A DNA stretch of 63,340 nucleotides, filler included, from an uncultured bacterium (GTDB lineage: Bacteria; B130-G9), in the NCBI GenBank assembly GCA_965372715.1. It is 5 parts of 5 records of this genome, joined end to end, with 100 filler letters (N's around TTAATTAATTAA, not from the genome) between each part and the next. Parts side by side here need not be neighbours in the genome. Positions count along the whole stretch, not along the records: positions 51,403 to 63,340 come from CBDVDH010000080.1; 4 more parts are not named here. One strand, 5' to 3'. This document shows positions 51,474-61,567 of this stretch, one piece after another. The notes beneath the pieces are model-generated. The model had not been told where the DNA came from and made no database searches. It saw only the letters and a program-made list of their open reading frames with translations. How positions within the stretch are numbered: position 1 is the first letter of the stretch; each line of letters opens with the position of its first letter. The translations under genes and the position numbers were made by a program.

Positions 51474-53414
51474 TCACGAGATAGCCTCTGGAGGGCGGTG
51501 TTCACCAGTCTCAGCTCGAGACTTGGCCGGGTTCAGCGGCAGAGTGATGCGAACTGTGGTCTCGAACCCCTCGACATCCTCGAAGCCAATGCGCCCGTTG
51601 TGCCTCAGCGCAAAACTTCTCGCCTTGGGAAGGCCCAGACCAATGCCGCCAGTATCGTCTTTCGTTGTAAAGAAGGGGTCGAAGGCCCTGGGTCTATGGT
51701 CTTCAGGAATGCCTATCCCGTTATCCGAGACCATCACAGCTAGATCGTCTCCATCTTTTCGTGTGGTTATCTTGAGGGACCTTTGAAAATCGCGCGAAGG
51801 CGGTTTCTGCTTGAGTGATTCCAAGCTATTAAGAATTATGCCGAAAAGGGTTTGGTCAAGGCCAAGCTCGTCGCAGCGCAATTCGATTGGCGGTTCGACA
51901 AGGTCCGTTTCCACTTCAATTGAGTTGTGCTCGAACTCCGCGCCGAGAAACACAATGAGCGACTCGATCTTTTCGTTAGGATTCACCTTATCGTTCGCCT
52001 TTTGCGGAATCTCGCCTTTCGGCGGAACGGTTGAACGGTCTGTCGCGTCGAAGGCGCGAAGGTATCCGATCGCGCGCTGGACCTCCTGGACTTCCGCCTG
52101 GCAGACCAGAAGAGTCTCTCTTATTTTCTGCACCGGTCCGTGGAAATCGGGCAACCCGACGCAACTGACATCGCTGTCTGCGTCAGAAGAGGCTATGGCG
52201 GTGCATTGCTCACACATCCCCTCAAGCGTCTCGGCGTATTTGGCGATGAAGCGGAGTCTCGGCATGAGAACAGTAAGCGGTTTGTCGATCTGGCGCGTGA
52301 GGGCCCGGGAGAAGAATCCCCAAGTGTGGATACTCTCAGAATTGAGGAGCTGCTCAATCACTTGTTCCTGCCTGGCGAGGCTTCTCTTCAGGTGGGCAGA
52401 GTGCTCCTGTATCTTTTGCTCAAGCACTTTTCTCATCTTGCCCAGGTATCTGACTAGCGCCTGATTCTTGCGCAGATGACGGTCTTTCTTGATGGCCATT
52501 CCCATTTGCTTACCGACTGAGCTGGCGTAGGAGAGGCGCCTTTTATCGAAGCACGCGACCTTGTGGTGGTGCGAGACGTATAAGACCCCCAGGAGCGACT
52601 CTTCCGTCCAGATTGGGACGGCGAGCGCTGAATGGATGCGGAGATTGCTGACGCTCTCGGATGAGGAGAACCGTGAGTCGGCCATAGCATCGTCCGTCAG
52701 TACAGAGACTCGCGTCTTGATCACAGTCTCGGCCAGCGACTTGCTTATCGTGGCCTGGCCCGGGACTAGCGAGCAGCTGTAAAGCGGGACCAGCCGTTTG
52801 GTCTTCTCATCAATCAAGAGCACGTACCCGCATTCGCCGCTCACGTGTTCGACCACATCGTCCAGGGCCGCCTGAAGCTTGACGGCTGTGTCGCAATCGG
52901 AGGCCAGAATGTTTGAAATGGTGTAGAGCGATTTCATCGACTCATACTGCTGTCTTATAGCATCCGCTTTAGGCCCGTCCTTAGCGCCAAGTAGGTCGTC
53001 AATGGAGAAGAGGTTCGCCCCCTCTATTTGACTTATGAGTTCCTGAGGCGAGCTCACAAATACTCGCGCTTGCGAGACGGGGGTCGCCGCCCCATTCTCC
53101 TCGACCTCCTCTGGTGGAGGAGGCTTCTTGTTCAGCCTCAAGGACTGGGTCCCGAGCGTGATTAGATCATCGGCCGCGAGCTCCTTTTTCATGACCGGCT
53201 CGCCATTAACGTAAGTGCCGTTCCTGCTCCCCAAGTCCCGAATCTGGAGCACACCGTCTTCGTTGCTGATCATCGCGTGCTGCCGTGACACGCTGGGGTC
53301 TAAAATCCTCATATCCACCCCACCTCCCCGGCCAAGAATGAAGGACCCTTTCTGAACGTCGAAACGCAGGATGTCGCCCTTGCGGTTCTGTAGAACAATC
53401 TCGAAGTCGGTCAT
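51474..53414 (-). CDS. FHA-GAF-histidine-kinase-like (HATPase_c) protein lacking the H-box His
   Basis: FHA GR/SRQH/SRNG; GAF DDAMADSRF..SES; DNGIGI, FDPFFTTK, GIGLGL. Confidence 0.85.
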   Translation of the reverse strand: MTDFEIVLQNRKGDILRFDVQKGSFILGRGGGVDMRILDPSVSRQHAMISNEDGVLQIRDLGSRNGTYVNGEPVMKKELAADDLITLGTQSLRLNKKPPPPEEVEENGAATPVSQARVFVSSPQELISQIEGANLFSIDDLLGAKDGPKADAIRQQYESMKSLYTISNILASDCDTAVKLQAALDDVVEHVSGECGYVLLIDEKTKRLVPLYSCSLVPGQATISKSLAETVIKTRVSVLTDDAMADSRFSSSESVSNLRIHSALAVPIWTEESLLGVLYVSHHHKVACFDKRRLSYASSVGKQMGMAIKKDRHLRKNQALVRYLGKMRKVLEQKIQEHSAHLKRSLARQEQVIEQLLNSESIHTWGFFSRALTRQIDKPLTVLMPRLRFIAKYAETLEGMCEQCTAIASSDADSDVSCVGLPDFHGPVQKIRETLLVCQAEVQEVQRAIGYLRAFDATDRSTVPPKGEIPQKANDKVNPNEKIESLIVFLGAEFEHNSIEVETDLVEPPIELRCDELGLDQTLFGIILNSLESLKQKPPSRDFQRSLKITTRKDGDDLAVMVSDNGIGIPEDHRPRAFDPFFTTKDDTGGIGLGLPKARSFALRHNGRIGFEDVEGFETTVRITLPLNPAKSRAETGEHRPPEAIS

Positions 53415-53415
53415 T

Positions 53416-56133
53416 TCAGTTTCCGCAAAACGCCCTCATTATTTGCAGCTGGTTGCCGAGAGTTATGAGGCCGCAGGCGCCGAGCCCCTCAACGTCCGAA
53501 CGGACGCTCAAGACCCCCAGCCCAGGCCCGAAAACGCCGCCGAGCGGAATGAGCTCCACAGCGCCCGTCAGAAGCGACTCCTCAACCGAGCCCATGGGAT
53601 TGCCACCGGCGTCGGTCGCGGCCACATTTACGTTCATTATGCCTTGCTCCGTCGAGTTATTCGAGAGCAACAGAAAAGACTCGGCTCCACTATCGCTGTC
53701 AACGTAATAAACGTGTAGATCAATGCTTCGGACGTCCTCCGGTATAGTATCAATCGAAAAAACGCTCGATGAGTTTAGGTCAACTAAGAAAGCAGAGACA
53801 TTGAAGTCGCCAATATCCTGCGAACAAAGGGCCGCGCACGACAGACCCTCGCCAACCTCTGCGCTCGCGGAAAAGGTCTCAAAGCCACCCGGACTGACGA
53901 CCGCGGATGACGTGCGCCGCGTCCCGTCCCGGCCTCTGAATTGGAGTTGAACCAGCTTTGGCTCTTCGGTCTTGTTCTGAGCGATCACTATCGTGTCCAA
54001 CATTCCGTCTGACGTTGACACAACGAGGGGAATTATCATTCTTTGCAGGTCGGAAGACAATGACAAGCGGCAGCCCGTCACCGCCACGTCATCCAAGTAT
54101 AGCCCGCTGTATGCTTCTGCGCTGTTGGCCAGGAGCGAAAACCGGACCCGGACCTCATCGCAATCGTCGGCCCATCGTGAGATGTCGAGAGACACAGCGC
54201 GCCACTCGGAATCAGTAGCCTCTTCGAGGCTCTGCCACACGCCGTGCCACCTTCCATCAGCTGAGACCGAGACAAAGACGCGGTAGTGGTCCCAGGCGCC
54301 GACGTTCATCCACCTTTGAAATGAGAGTCTCGTGCAGGAAAACCCCTCGCATGAAAACGCCGGCGTCATCAGAAAAAAACGTCCCTCGGGGCCAGAAACG
54401 TCGCCGTCCATATTCGTGCCATACACTCTCTCGCCCGAATGAGCCTCGTCGGGTCCGGGGCCGCCGTTATACCTGCCCCCTCCTCCGTGCGGCGTACCTC
54501 GATGCCATTGCCCCCGGACATCGAAGCCCGCGTCGTCCTCGAAGTCCCACGCGATTACGTCCTCGCACATCTCGACCCCAACCGGCGCCATCAGCTCAAC
54601 TTGCCGATTGAACCCCTCCGTCTCAATATCGATGCCCAGGGGCACGACCTGAGGAAGGTCTTCCCCCAACAAGGCGATCGCCTCAAATCTGCACTCTGAA
54701 GGAGCGAGTCGGGCCAGCGGCTCGGCGCCCTCCAGAATTATCACCGGCTCAATGATCGAAATCAGCGGCGAGTCGGTCGTGCAGGAGACCGTAATGGGAC
54801 CGAGCTCGGTAAGCGACAGCGATTGGACCAAGAGCTCGATGGTGAAACGTTCGCCTGCGCGGATTGTCCCGTCGGGCTGCTCCTCGGCTATCTTGAACTG
54901 CTCGATGGTCAGCCAGGGGCCTGAGGCGCGGATGGCCTGAATGCAGCATTCGAGGTTTTGCTCGCACAGCTCCTGTATCCTCTGTTCGGGCTCGTAGTAA
55001 ACGTCCCCGACCTCAAACGTGAGGCCAAACACTTTCTGTTCAAGACCGAGACCGGCGTAATTCCAGTCGTCGAATTCGCCGTTTGCCTTATAGAACTCAA
55101 GAATCCCCGTGTTGCCGTAGTTGTAACCGCTCTCCGCAGAGATGATGCTGGCGAACCTCGACTGCAGCGCGTGGTCTGGCGAGAACTCATCGCAAAAGGA
55201 CCAGGGATAAAAGATCACGTTGCCAAAGCTGTGAAAGGACAGCGACACGTTGTAGTGTTCGGCGTCCCTCAGCGACCTCATCGCCTGCGTCTCCGGCTCC
55301 GAGAACGGTGCCGCGCCGCGGTATGTCTCGGACGAGGTTCTGGCCGACGACCCGACGTCGTCGCAGCCCCATTGGTAGCTGTAATTGCGGTTGAGATCGA
55401 CGCCGAGCGTCCCGTCGCCGTTGTCCCGCATGTTCTTCCGCCAGTCCCAGCCACTCTCGACGCGGACATGGCCGTCGGGATTCAGCATCGGCACGAAGAA
55501 GACCTCCCGGCTGTCCAAGAGATAGGTTATCTCGAAGTCCGTTCCATATAGTTCAAGAACATAGTTCAGTGCGTAAAGAACGATCTCGGTGCTTACGATC
55601 TCTCTTCCGTGGTGCAGCCCTACAAGTAGGCAAGTGCCCCGGACCGCGTCCTGGCCATCGGCGCCGGATACGACCGCGGCAAGTATCTCTCTGCCCTGAA
55701 TGCTCTGCCCGATCGACCGGACCTCTAGAAGGTCCGGGTATTCGGATTCAAGCCGGGCGAGCTCCGCCGACGTCTCGTCAAAGGTATGATATTCACCCAT
55801 GTCCGAATCGAGCGCCCTCAGATTTCGGGTCAAGTCCGCCTCGAGCATGACGTATGAGGTCCCGGACGTCGTGAGCCGCCTAAGCCCTTCTTCCGTGACG
55901 ATAAGAACGGGCCACGAGTCAAAGAAGGGTCCCGCCAGCTCGATGCCGGGCCAACCTAGGGCTGCGACCTCGAGCGCGTCGTCGGGGGCAACCGCCACTA
56001 CCATTTTGAGGGCGTCTTGGCTGCCCCAGGCAGGCTGCAAGAAAAGCCCCAGAACAACCAGAACACCGAGAAGGGCCGCAGAGCTGTTCAACGAGAACCA
56101 GGGCCTCCCCCCGTCAAAATATAGTTCCCTCAT
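53416..56133 (-). CDS. Secreted M14 zinc carboxypeptidase (carboxypeptidase T-like) with C-terminal beta-rich domains
   Basis: HHGRE, NPDG, WRKN, GVDLNRNY, FSEPET, FHSFG, TFEVG. Confidence 0.9.
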   Translation of the reverse strand: MRELYFDGGRPWFSLNSSAALLGVLVVLGLFLQPAWGSQDALKMVVAVAPDDALEVAALGWPGIELAGPFFDSWPVLIVTEEGLRRLTTSGTSYVMLEADLTRNLRALDSDMGEYHTFDETSAELARLESEYPDLLEVRSIGQSIQGREILAAVVSGADGQDAVRGTCLLVGLHHGREIVSTEIVLYALNYVLELYGTDFEITYLLDSREVFFVPMLNPDGHVRVESGWDWRKNMRDNGDGTLGVDLNRNYSYQWGCDDVGSSARTSSETYRGAAPFSEPETQAMRSLRDAEHYNVSLSFHSFGNVIFYPWSFCDEFSPDHALQSRFASIISAESGYNYGNTGILEFYKANGEFDDWNYAGLGLEQKVFGLTFEVGDVYYEPEQRIQELCEQNLECCIQAIRASGPWLTIEQFKIAEEQPDGTIRAGERFTIELLVQSLSLTELGPITVSCTTDSPLISIIEPVIILEGAEPLARLAPSECRFEAIALLGEDLPQVVPLGIDIETEGFNRQVELMAPVGVEMCEDVIAWDFEDDAGFDVRGQWHRGTPHGGGGRYNGGPGPDEAHSGERVYGTNMDGDVSGPEGRFFLMTPAFSCEGFSCTRLSFQRWMNVGAWDHYRVFVSVSADGRWHGVWQSLEEATDSEWRAVSLDISRWADDCDEVRVRFSLLANSAEAYSGLYLDDVAVTGCRLSLSSDLQRMIIPLVVSTSDGMLDTIVIAQNKTEEPKLVQLQFRGRDGTRRTSSAVVSPGGFETFSASAEVGEGLSCAALCSQDIGDFNVSAFLVDLNSSSVFSIDTIPEDVRSIDLHVYYVDSDSGAESFLLLSNNSTEQGIMNVNVAATDAGGNPMGSVEESLLTGAVELIPLGGVFGPGLGVLSVRSDVEGLGACGLITLGNQLQIMRAFCGN

Positions 56134-56234
56134 CTCAACCTGGCAAATTGCATCTCAATTATCCTTTGCTTGAATGCCCATTCTGGGACGCCAAGAGTAT
56201 GCCGAATCGAATGCGTTATACTACACGAGCCCAT

Positions 56235-58520
56235 CTATTCATGCCCGTTAGAATCTTCAGCCCGCTCAGTGCGCTGTGGAGATGACAGCAGCACAAAGCC
56301 AGCTGCTCCAATGTCTGAATATGGTGTTAGCGTGTCTGGCTCAACGAGCGCCGTGAATAATGTGAACTGCCCGGCCGCGTCAAATGGCGCCCTGGATGGG
56401 AGATTGATCACGAAGGCGTCGAGGCTAAGTTCCCAATTCGGTGATGTCGGTAATCGGGAATAGAGAGGGTGCAGGCCCGTTGACCAGGCCCTGTCGATGC
56501 CGAAGTCATCCGGCGACCAGAACTGGGCGTCTGGCGCAAGCAGGACAACGTAGAAGTCCGCCGTCATCGAGTAGTCGGGTAGGGCGACGTCGAGCGAAAT
56601 CGTGATAGTGTCGCCGATCAGAGAATAGGCCTCTTTGTCCGTCGAGACGTCCACAAATGGCATCCCTGTCAGCACGAACTCCAACGTGGCTATGTTGGAC
56701 ACGAAGTCGAGCGTCCCAGGCTCAACAGCCGCCATCCTGAGCGTGTAAGTGCCCGACTTGGCTATCATCGGAACCTGACACGGCAGAGGCGCTGACAAGA
56801 CTCGCGTCGTCTCATCGTGGCCGGTCTCAATCAACACACCGGTATCGTAATACGAGAGCCCTGCCGTCCATTCGCCCGTTGCGGAGGCCGACCAGTGCCT
56901 CTCTTCAGGACCGCCCAAGTCGAACGTCAGCACCGCAAAGATATCGACAAATGCTGACATGCCAGTGTTTTTCACAGTGACGTCAATTTGCAGGACATCG
57001 CCGAACTCGTAGCTATCGGAATTGGTCGAGACGCCCACCGTAATCCCGGGGGGCGGACCAGCTGCCTCGCCAAAGATCAGATATGCTTGACCGGCGTGGT
57101 CGCCGCCCTCGTCGCTCGTATGCGCCCCGATGATAAGGTCGTGGTAACCGTCGCCGTTCACATCGCCTGCGCCAGACACAGATATGCCAGCGCGGTCCTC
57201 CTCCGCCTCGCCCAGGAATGATGCGTTCGCGTTCGCAAGGCTCGTACGCATAGCCCAACCCGACGCCTTGCCGAAAATGAGATACGCTTGGCCAGCCAAA
57301 TGCGCGGCTTCGTTGTTGTTCCAGGCCCCGACGACAAAGTCGTTGTAACCGTCGCCGTTCACATCGCCTGCGCCAGACACGGAGTAGCCTGCGAAATCGC
57401 CTTGCACCTCCCCAGTGAACGATGCGTCGCAATCAGATAGGCTGGTATCCATCGCCCAGCCTGAAACCTTGCCGAGAATCAGATATGTTTGACCAGCCAA
57501 GGCGCTGCCGGCTTCGCCGTTGTAGGGCGCCCCGATGATAAAGTCATCGAAGCCGTCGCCGTTTACATCGCCGACGCCAGAAACCGAGTATCCCGCGGAA
57601 TCCCATTTTGCCTCGCTCACAAACGATGCATCGGCGTCAGCGAGGCTGGTATCCATCGCCCAGCCGGAGGCCTTGCCGAGAATCAGATATGTTTGACCAC
57701 CGTGTTCGGCCGCCTCGCTGTTCTTCGGCGCGGCGATGATCATATCGTCGAAGCCGTCGCCGTTTACGTCGCCGACGCCGGAGACTGCGCTGCCTGCGCC
57801 ATCACCCGCTCCCTCGCCTAAGAAAGACGCATCGGAATGAGAAAGGCTGGTATCCATCGCCCAGCTAGAGGCCTTGCCAAAGATTAGATAGGCCTGACCG
57901 GCGCTAGCGCCTTCGCCCTTGTAAGGCGCCCCGATGATGAAGTCGTTAAACCCGTCCCCATTGACATCCCCGACGCCAGAGACTGATGTGCCCGCGCGGT
58001 CTTGCTCCGCCTCGCCTAAGAACGATGCGTCTGCGTCAGCAAGGCTGGTACGCATAGCCCAACCCGACGCCTTGCCAAAGATTAGATACGCCTGGCCAGC
58101 GTGGTCGCTTGCCTCATCGTTGTTGGGCGCACCAATGATGAAGTCATTAAACCCGTCCCCGTTGACGTCGCCCAGGGCGGAGACAGAGTTACCTGAGTAA
58201 TCCCCTCCTGCCTCGCCTATGAACGACACGTCGGCATCAGCAACGCTCGTGTCCATCGCCCAGCCGGACGCCTTGCCAAAGAACAGATACGTTTGACCAG
58301 CGTAGGTGCTATTGGCCAGCGACACGATGGCGAAGTCATCGTAGCCATCGCCGTTTACATCCCCAACGTTGGAGACACAACCGCCCGCCTTATCGTTTTC
58401 CGCCTCGCCGATGAACGACGCGTCCGAATCGGCAAGGCTCGTGTCCATGTGAAAATCCGCATACAAACCAGTGGCAGCCATCAAAAAGATCAACGCCGCC
58501 AGCAAAAACACTCTCTTCAT
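56235..58520 (-). CDS. Secreted FG-GAP (integrin alpha-like) beta-propeller protein with two C-terminal beta-rich modules
   Basis: Signal peptide; seven ~62-aa repeats with GDVNGDG..D..IGAP and AGQ.YLIFG. Confidence 0.9.
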   Translation of the reverse strand: MKRVFLLAALIFLMAATGLYADFHMDTSLADSDASFIGEAENDKAGGCVSNVGDVNGDGYDDFAIVSLANSTYAGQTYLFFGKASGWAMDTSVADADVSFIGEAGGDYSGNSVSALGDVNGDGFNDFIIGAPNNDEASDHAGQAYLIFGKASGWAMRTSLADADASFLGEAEQDRAGTSVSGVGDVNGDGFNDFIIGAPYKGEGASAGQAYLIFGKASSWAMDTSLSHSDASFLGEGAGDGAGSAVSGVGDVNGDGFDDMIIAAPKNSEAAEHGGQTYLILGKASGWAMDTSLADADASFVSEAKWDSAGYSVSGVGDVNGDGFDDFIIGAPYNGEAGSALAGQTYLILGKVSGWAMDTSLSDCDASFTGEVQGDFAGYSVSGAGDVNGDGYNDFVVGAWNNNEAAHLAGQAYLIFGKASGWAMRTSLANANASFLGEAEEDRAGISVSGAGDVNGDGYHDLIIGAHTSDEGGDHAGQAYLIFGEAAGPPPGITVGVSTNSDSYEFGDVLQIDVTVKNTGMSAFVDIFAVLTFDLGGPEERHWSASATGEWTAGLSYYDTGVLIETGHDETTRVLSAPLPCQVPMIAKSGTYTLRMAAVEPGTLDFVSNIATLEFVLTGMPFVDVSTDKEAYSLIGDTITISLDVALPDYSMTADFYVVLLAPDAQFWSPDDFGIDRAWSTGLHPLYSRLPTSPNWELSLDAFVINLPSRAPFDAAGQFTLFTALVEPDTLTPYSDIGAAGFVLLSSPQRTERAEDSNGHE

Positions 58521-58682
58521 CCTGTCATCCTCGCTATACACCATCGTGTAGGGGCAGGCCCCCGTGCCTGCCCTGTTTCATAAATCGTAGCGGCAATTCG
58601 TAACGAGGCGAATGCCTGCCCTGTTTCATTCATTACAAAGGGCAATTCGCCGTACGGCGAACCCCTACTTCGACTTCCACAT

Positions 58683-60323
58683 TCATTGTATCTGAAAGAA
58701 ATCCTTGATGCGTCGCAACAGGCGATCGTGAAGCTGTCTCTTCTGTTCCTTTGTCGGTTTCGGCGCCTTTGTCTTCTCGCTCTCGGCAAGCTTGGCCTCG
58801 CGATCGAGCTGCCGCTCAGCGAGCCGTTTTCCAAGCTGTTTCGCTATCTGGGGCTTTGCCACCAGTATCTCGTTGAACATCTCCTTATCGATGACAAGAA
58901 GCTCCGTGTCCACTTCGGCGATGGCGGCGGCGTTCCTCGGCTCGCCGGTCAAGAGAGACATCCCGCCGAAGTATTCACCGGGGCCAAGCGTGGCGATGGG
59001 CACTTCCTCGCCGGTCTCTTTCTCAACCTCGACGCGAACCTTGCCGGTCCTGATCAAGAAAAAGCTGTCCCCGGCCTCGCCTTGCCTCACGATGCTCTCG
59101 CCCTTTGAATAGCGCATGACCGGCGCCTCGGATGCGAGTAGGTCAATGTCCTCATCGTCCAGCGAACTGAAGAGACTAACGCGCCGCAGTTGTTTGGCCT
59201 TCCGTTTCTCAAACAGGGCCTTGCGCTCCATCTCCTCTTTGCGCGAGGCGGTCTTGATGTGCAGGTCGCGCACCGGATAGGGTATTGTGACGCTGTGCCT
59301 TCTGAAAAGATACCAAATAAGCGAGTATATTTGGTCTCTAACGTCCTTGTGCCGCGGATACTCCTCTATCCAGACGCGTATCTCGTAATTGATGGCGAAG
59401 TCCCCATAGCCGGTAACGCGAACGATCGGCTCGGGATGCTTCTGAACCCCCTTGGCTCGGTTGCAGGCCTCACGCAGGATACCGCGAACGAGGTTCGGAG
59501 GCGCGTCATAAGCCACACCCATGTTCAGTGTCAAAACATCGCGCCGGGTGGGCACGGAGAGGTTCTTGACCACGAGCTTCGCAACGACGCTGTTAGGGAT
59601 GATGACCAGATCGCGCTCGATCGTCATGATCTTCGTCGTGCGCCAAGATATCTCGCGAACGACACCGATGTCTTCCCCAATCTGGACCCAGTCGTCCTTT
59701 GAAAAAGGCATCTCGATGTTCAGCGCGACGCCGGCGAAGAGATTACCCAAGACGTCCTGAAGCGCGAGGCCCACGATGACGGTAAGGATCGCCGATGTCG
59801 TAAGGACAGTGGTTACCTTTATCCCAAATACCGTGGGCAGAAGGATTAGAACCGCAGCGATATAAAGGGCTGCTGAGATGATGTTCTTGGTGATTTCCTC
59901 GACCGAAAGCCTCAGGATGCGATCCAGGACAACGTGTGTGAGAAGCCACTTTATCGCCTCAATAGCCAGCCAGAACGCCCCAACAATGAGAAGTTTCTCC
60001 CATATTTGAGCGAACCTCTCTCCCAGTATGGGCAGGTAGCCCTTCGCCAGAAGCCGGCCGCTCACCGCGACGATCAAGATGGCGAAAGGAATACTGAAGC
60101 GCTTGACTGACGCCAAGCGACGTACGCTCCATGCGGCCGTAAGTCCGACCAGCAGGACGACCGCGCTCAGAATCGAGTATGTCAGAGGACTGCCTTGAAG
60201 CGCCATAACGCCCGAGAGTATAACGAATAGCGAAAGGAGAATCCAAGCAGATTGCCCCCATTCTACGGCTTTCGACACCCGACTCGTCCTGTCAGGGCAA
60301 ACCTCCCGCGTTTTCGTTGACAC
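58683..60323 (-). CDS. MscS-family channel with C-terminal cyclic-nucleotide-binding domain
   Basis: GLALQDVLGNLFAG, PF...DWV, ISWRTT, IPNS, IPYP; RQGEAGDSFF, YFGGMSLLTGEPRNA. Confidence 0.9.
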   Translation of the reverse strand: MSTKTREVCPDRTSRVSKAVEWGQSAWILLSLFVILSGVMALQGSPLTYSILSAVVLLVGLTAAWSVRRLASVKRFSIPFAILIVAVSGRLLAKGYLPILGERFAQIWEKLLIVGAFWLAIEAIKWLLTHVVLDRILRLSVEEITKNIISAALYIAAVLILLPTVFGIKVTTVLTTSAILTVIVGLALQDVLGNLFAGVALNIEMPFSKDDWVQIGEDIGVVREISWRTTKIMTIERDLVIIPNSVVAKLVVKNLSVPTRRDVLTLNMGVAYDAPPNLVRGILREACNRAKGVQKHPEPIVRVTGYGDFAINYEIRVWIEEYPRHKDVRDQIYSLIWYLFRRHSVTIPYPVRDLHIKTASRKEEMERKALFEKRKAKQLRRVSLFSSLDDEDIDLLASEAPVMRYSKGESIVRQGEAGDSFFLIRTGKVRVEVEKETGEEVPIATLGPGEYFGGMSLLTGEPRNAAAIAEVDTELLVIDKEMFNEILVAKPQIAKQLGKRLAERQLDREAKLAESEKTKAPKPTKEQKRQLHDRLLRRIKDFFQIQ

Positions 60324-60391
60324 GACGCGACAAGTGCCGGATCATAAGGGCGGCAATTTGGTCTGTGTGTTCTTTTGACGAGGAGCATCGA

Positions 60392-61567
60392 ATGGATTTT
60401 TCCCGGAGAGACTTCTTGAGGGCGTCGCTTTCGTGCGCGTCGTGCATTCTCATCTCACCCAGCGTGTTAAGCTCTCAGGGGCCTTTTGGTCGGACGGGCT
60501 CATCCGACGCCAGCAACCTCGGGAAGCACCGGGCGCTCTTTTACACGAAGCTGGATGGAAAAAAAGTTCGATGTGAGCTTTGCCCGCGAGGCTGTGTGGT
60601 CCCAGATGGCGCCAGGGGATACTGTAGGGTCAGGGAAAACAAAGACGGAGAATACTACTCAATAGTCTATGCGCGTCCTTGCACCGCACACGTTGACCCA
60701 ATCGAGAAAAAGCCCTTCTATCACTTCCTGCCAGGAACCACTGCCTTCTCGCTCGCCGCGGCCGGATGCAATATGCACTGCAAGTTCTGCCAGAACTGGC
60801 AGATATCGCAGCCCAAGCCTGAGGAGCTTAAGAACTTCGCGCTCTCACCGGACGAGTGTGTGTTGGCGGCCAAGCGGACCGGCGCCTCATCGATTGCGCT
60901 CACGTACACCGAGCCGATCGTGTATTACGAATACACACTCGACATAGCGAAGGCGGCCCAGGTCTCAAACCTAAAGACCGTTGTGGTCTCTGCGGGCTAC
61001 ATAAAGACGAAGCCGCTCGAGAAACTCCTAGTGCATCTTTCTGCGATCAAAATCGATCTCAAGTCCTTCGACGACGGCTATTACCAGCGGATCTGCGATA
61101 CCACTCTGGCACCAGTGCTCGATGCGCTGAAGACAATCAAGGCGTCCGGGGTTTGGCTCGAGATAGTCAATCTCATCTTGCCAACGTTGAACGATTCCGA
61201 CGATGAACACAAGCGGATGTTCGAGTGGATAATAAAGAACCTCGGGCCCTTAGTGCCTTTGCATCTGACGCGGTTCCACCCAACGTATCGCTTGAGGAAC
61301 CTTCCTCCTACGCCGAAAAGCACGCTGCAGAGGCTTCACAAGCTGGCAAAGAACGTTGGCCTGAAGTTCCCATACATCGGAAACGTGCCCGGCGACCCCG
61401 CGTCCAGCACCTACTGCCCAAAATGCGAAAAGGAGTTAATACTGCGAAGGGGATTTGCGATACGTAACATTGGCATTGCTTCGTCAAGGTGCAAGTTCTG
61501 CGGTGAGCCCATTCCAGGAAACTGGTCTTTGTCGGACACACAGAAGGAGAAGCTCAAGGTTGGCTGA
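60392..61567 (+). CDS. amrS: AmmeMemoRadiSam radical SAM enzyme with twin-arginine signal
   Basis: SRRDFL; CELCP..C...C; DPIEKKPFYHF; GCNMHCKFCQNWQISQ; TYTEP; YIGNV; CPKC...CKFCG; RBS AGGAG before ATG 60392. Confidence 0.92.
   Translation: MDFSRRDFLRASLSCASCILISPSVLSSQGPFGRTGSSDASNLGKHRALFYTKLDGKKVRCELCPRGCVVPDGARGYCRVRENKDGEYYSIVYARPCTAHVDPIEKKPFYHFLPGTTAFSLAAAGCNMHCKFCQNWQISQPKPEELKNFALSPDECVLAAKRTGASSIALTYTEPIVYYEYTLDIAKAAQVSNLKTVVVSAGYIKTKPLEKLLVHLSAIKIDLKSFDDGYYQRICDTTLAPVLDALKTIKASGVWLEIVNLILPTLNDSDDEHKRMFEWIIKNLGPLVPLHLTRFHPTYRLRNLPPTPKSTLQRLHKLAKNVGLKFPYIGNVPGDPASSTYCPKCEKELILRRGFAIRNIGIASSRCKFCGEPIPGNWSLSDTQKEKLKVG

Noticed and set aside
57075-58450. Regularly spaced DNA repeats suggesting a CRISPR array
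   Set aside because: In-frame protein repeats of about 186 nt; no cas genes or repeat-spacer pattern anywhere in the window
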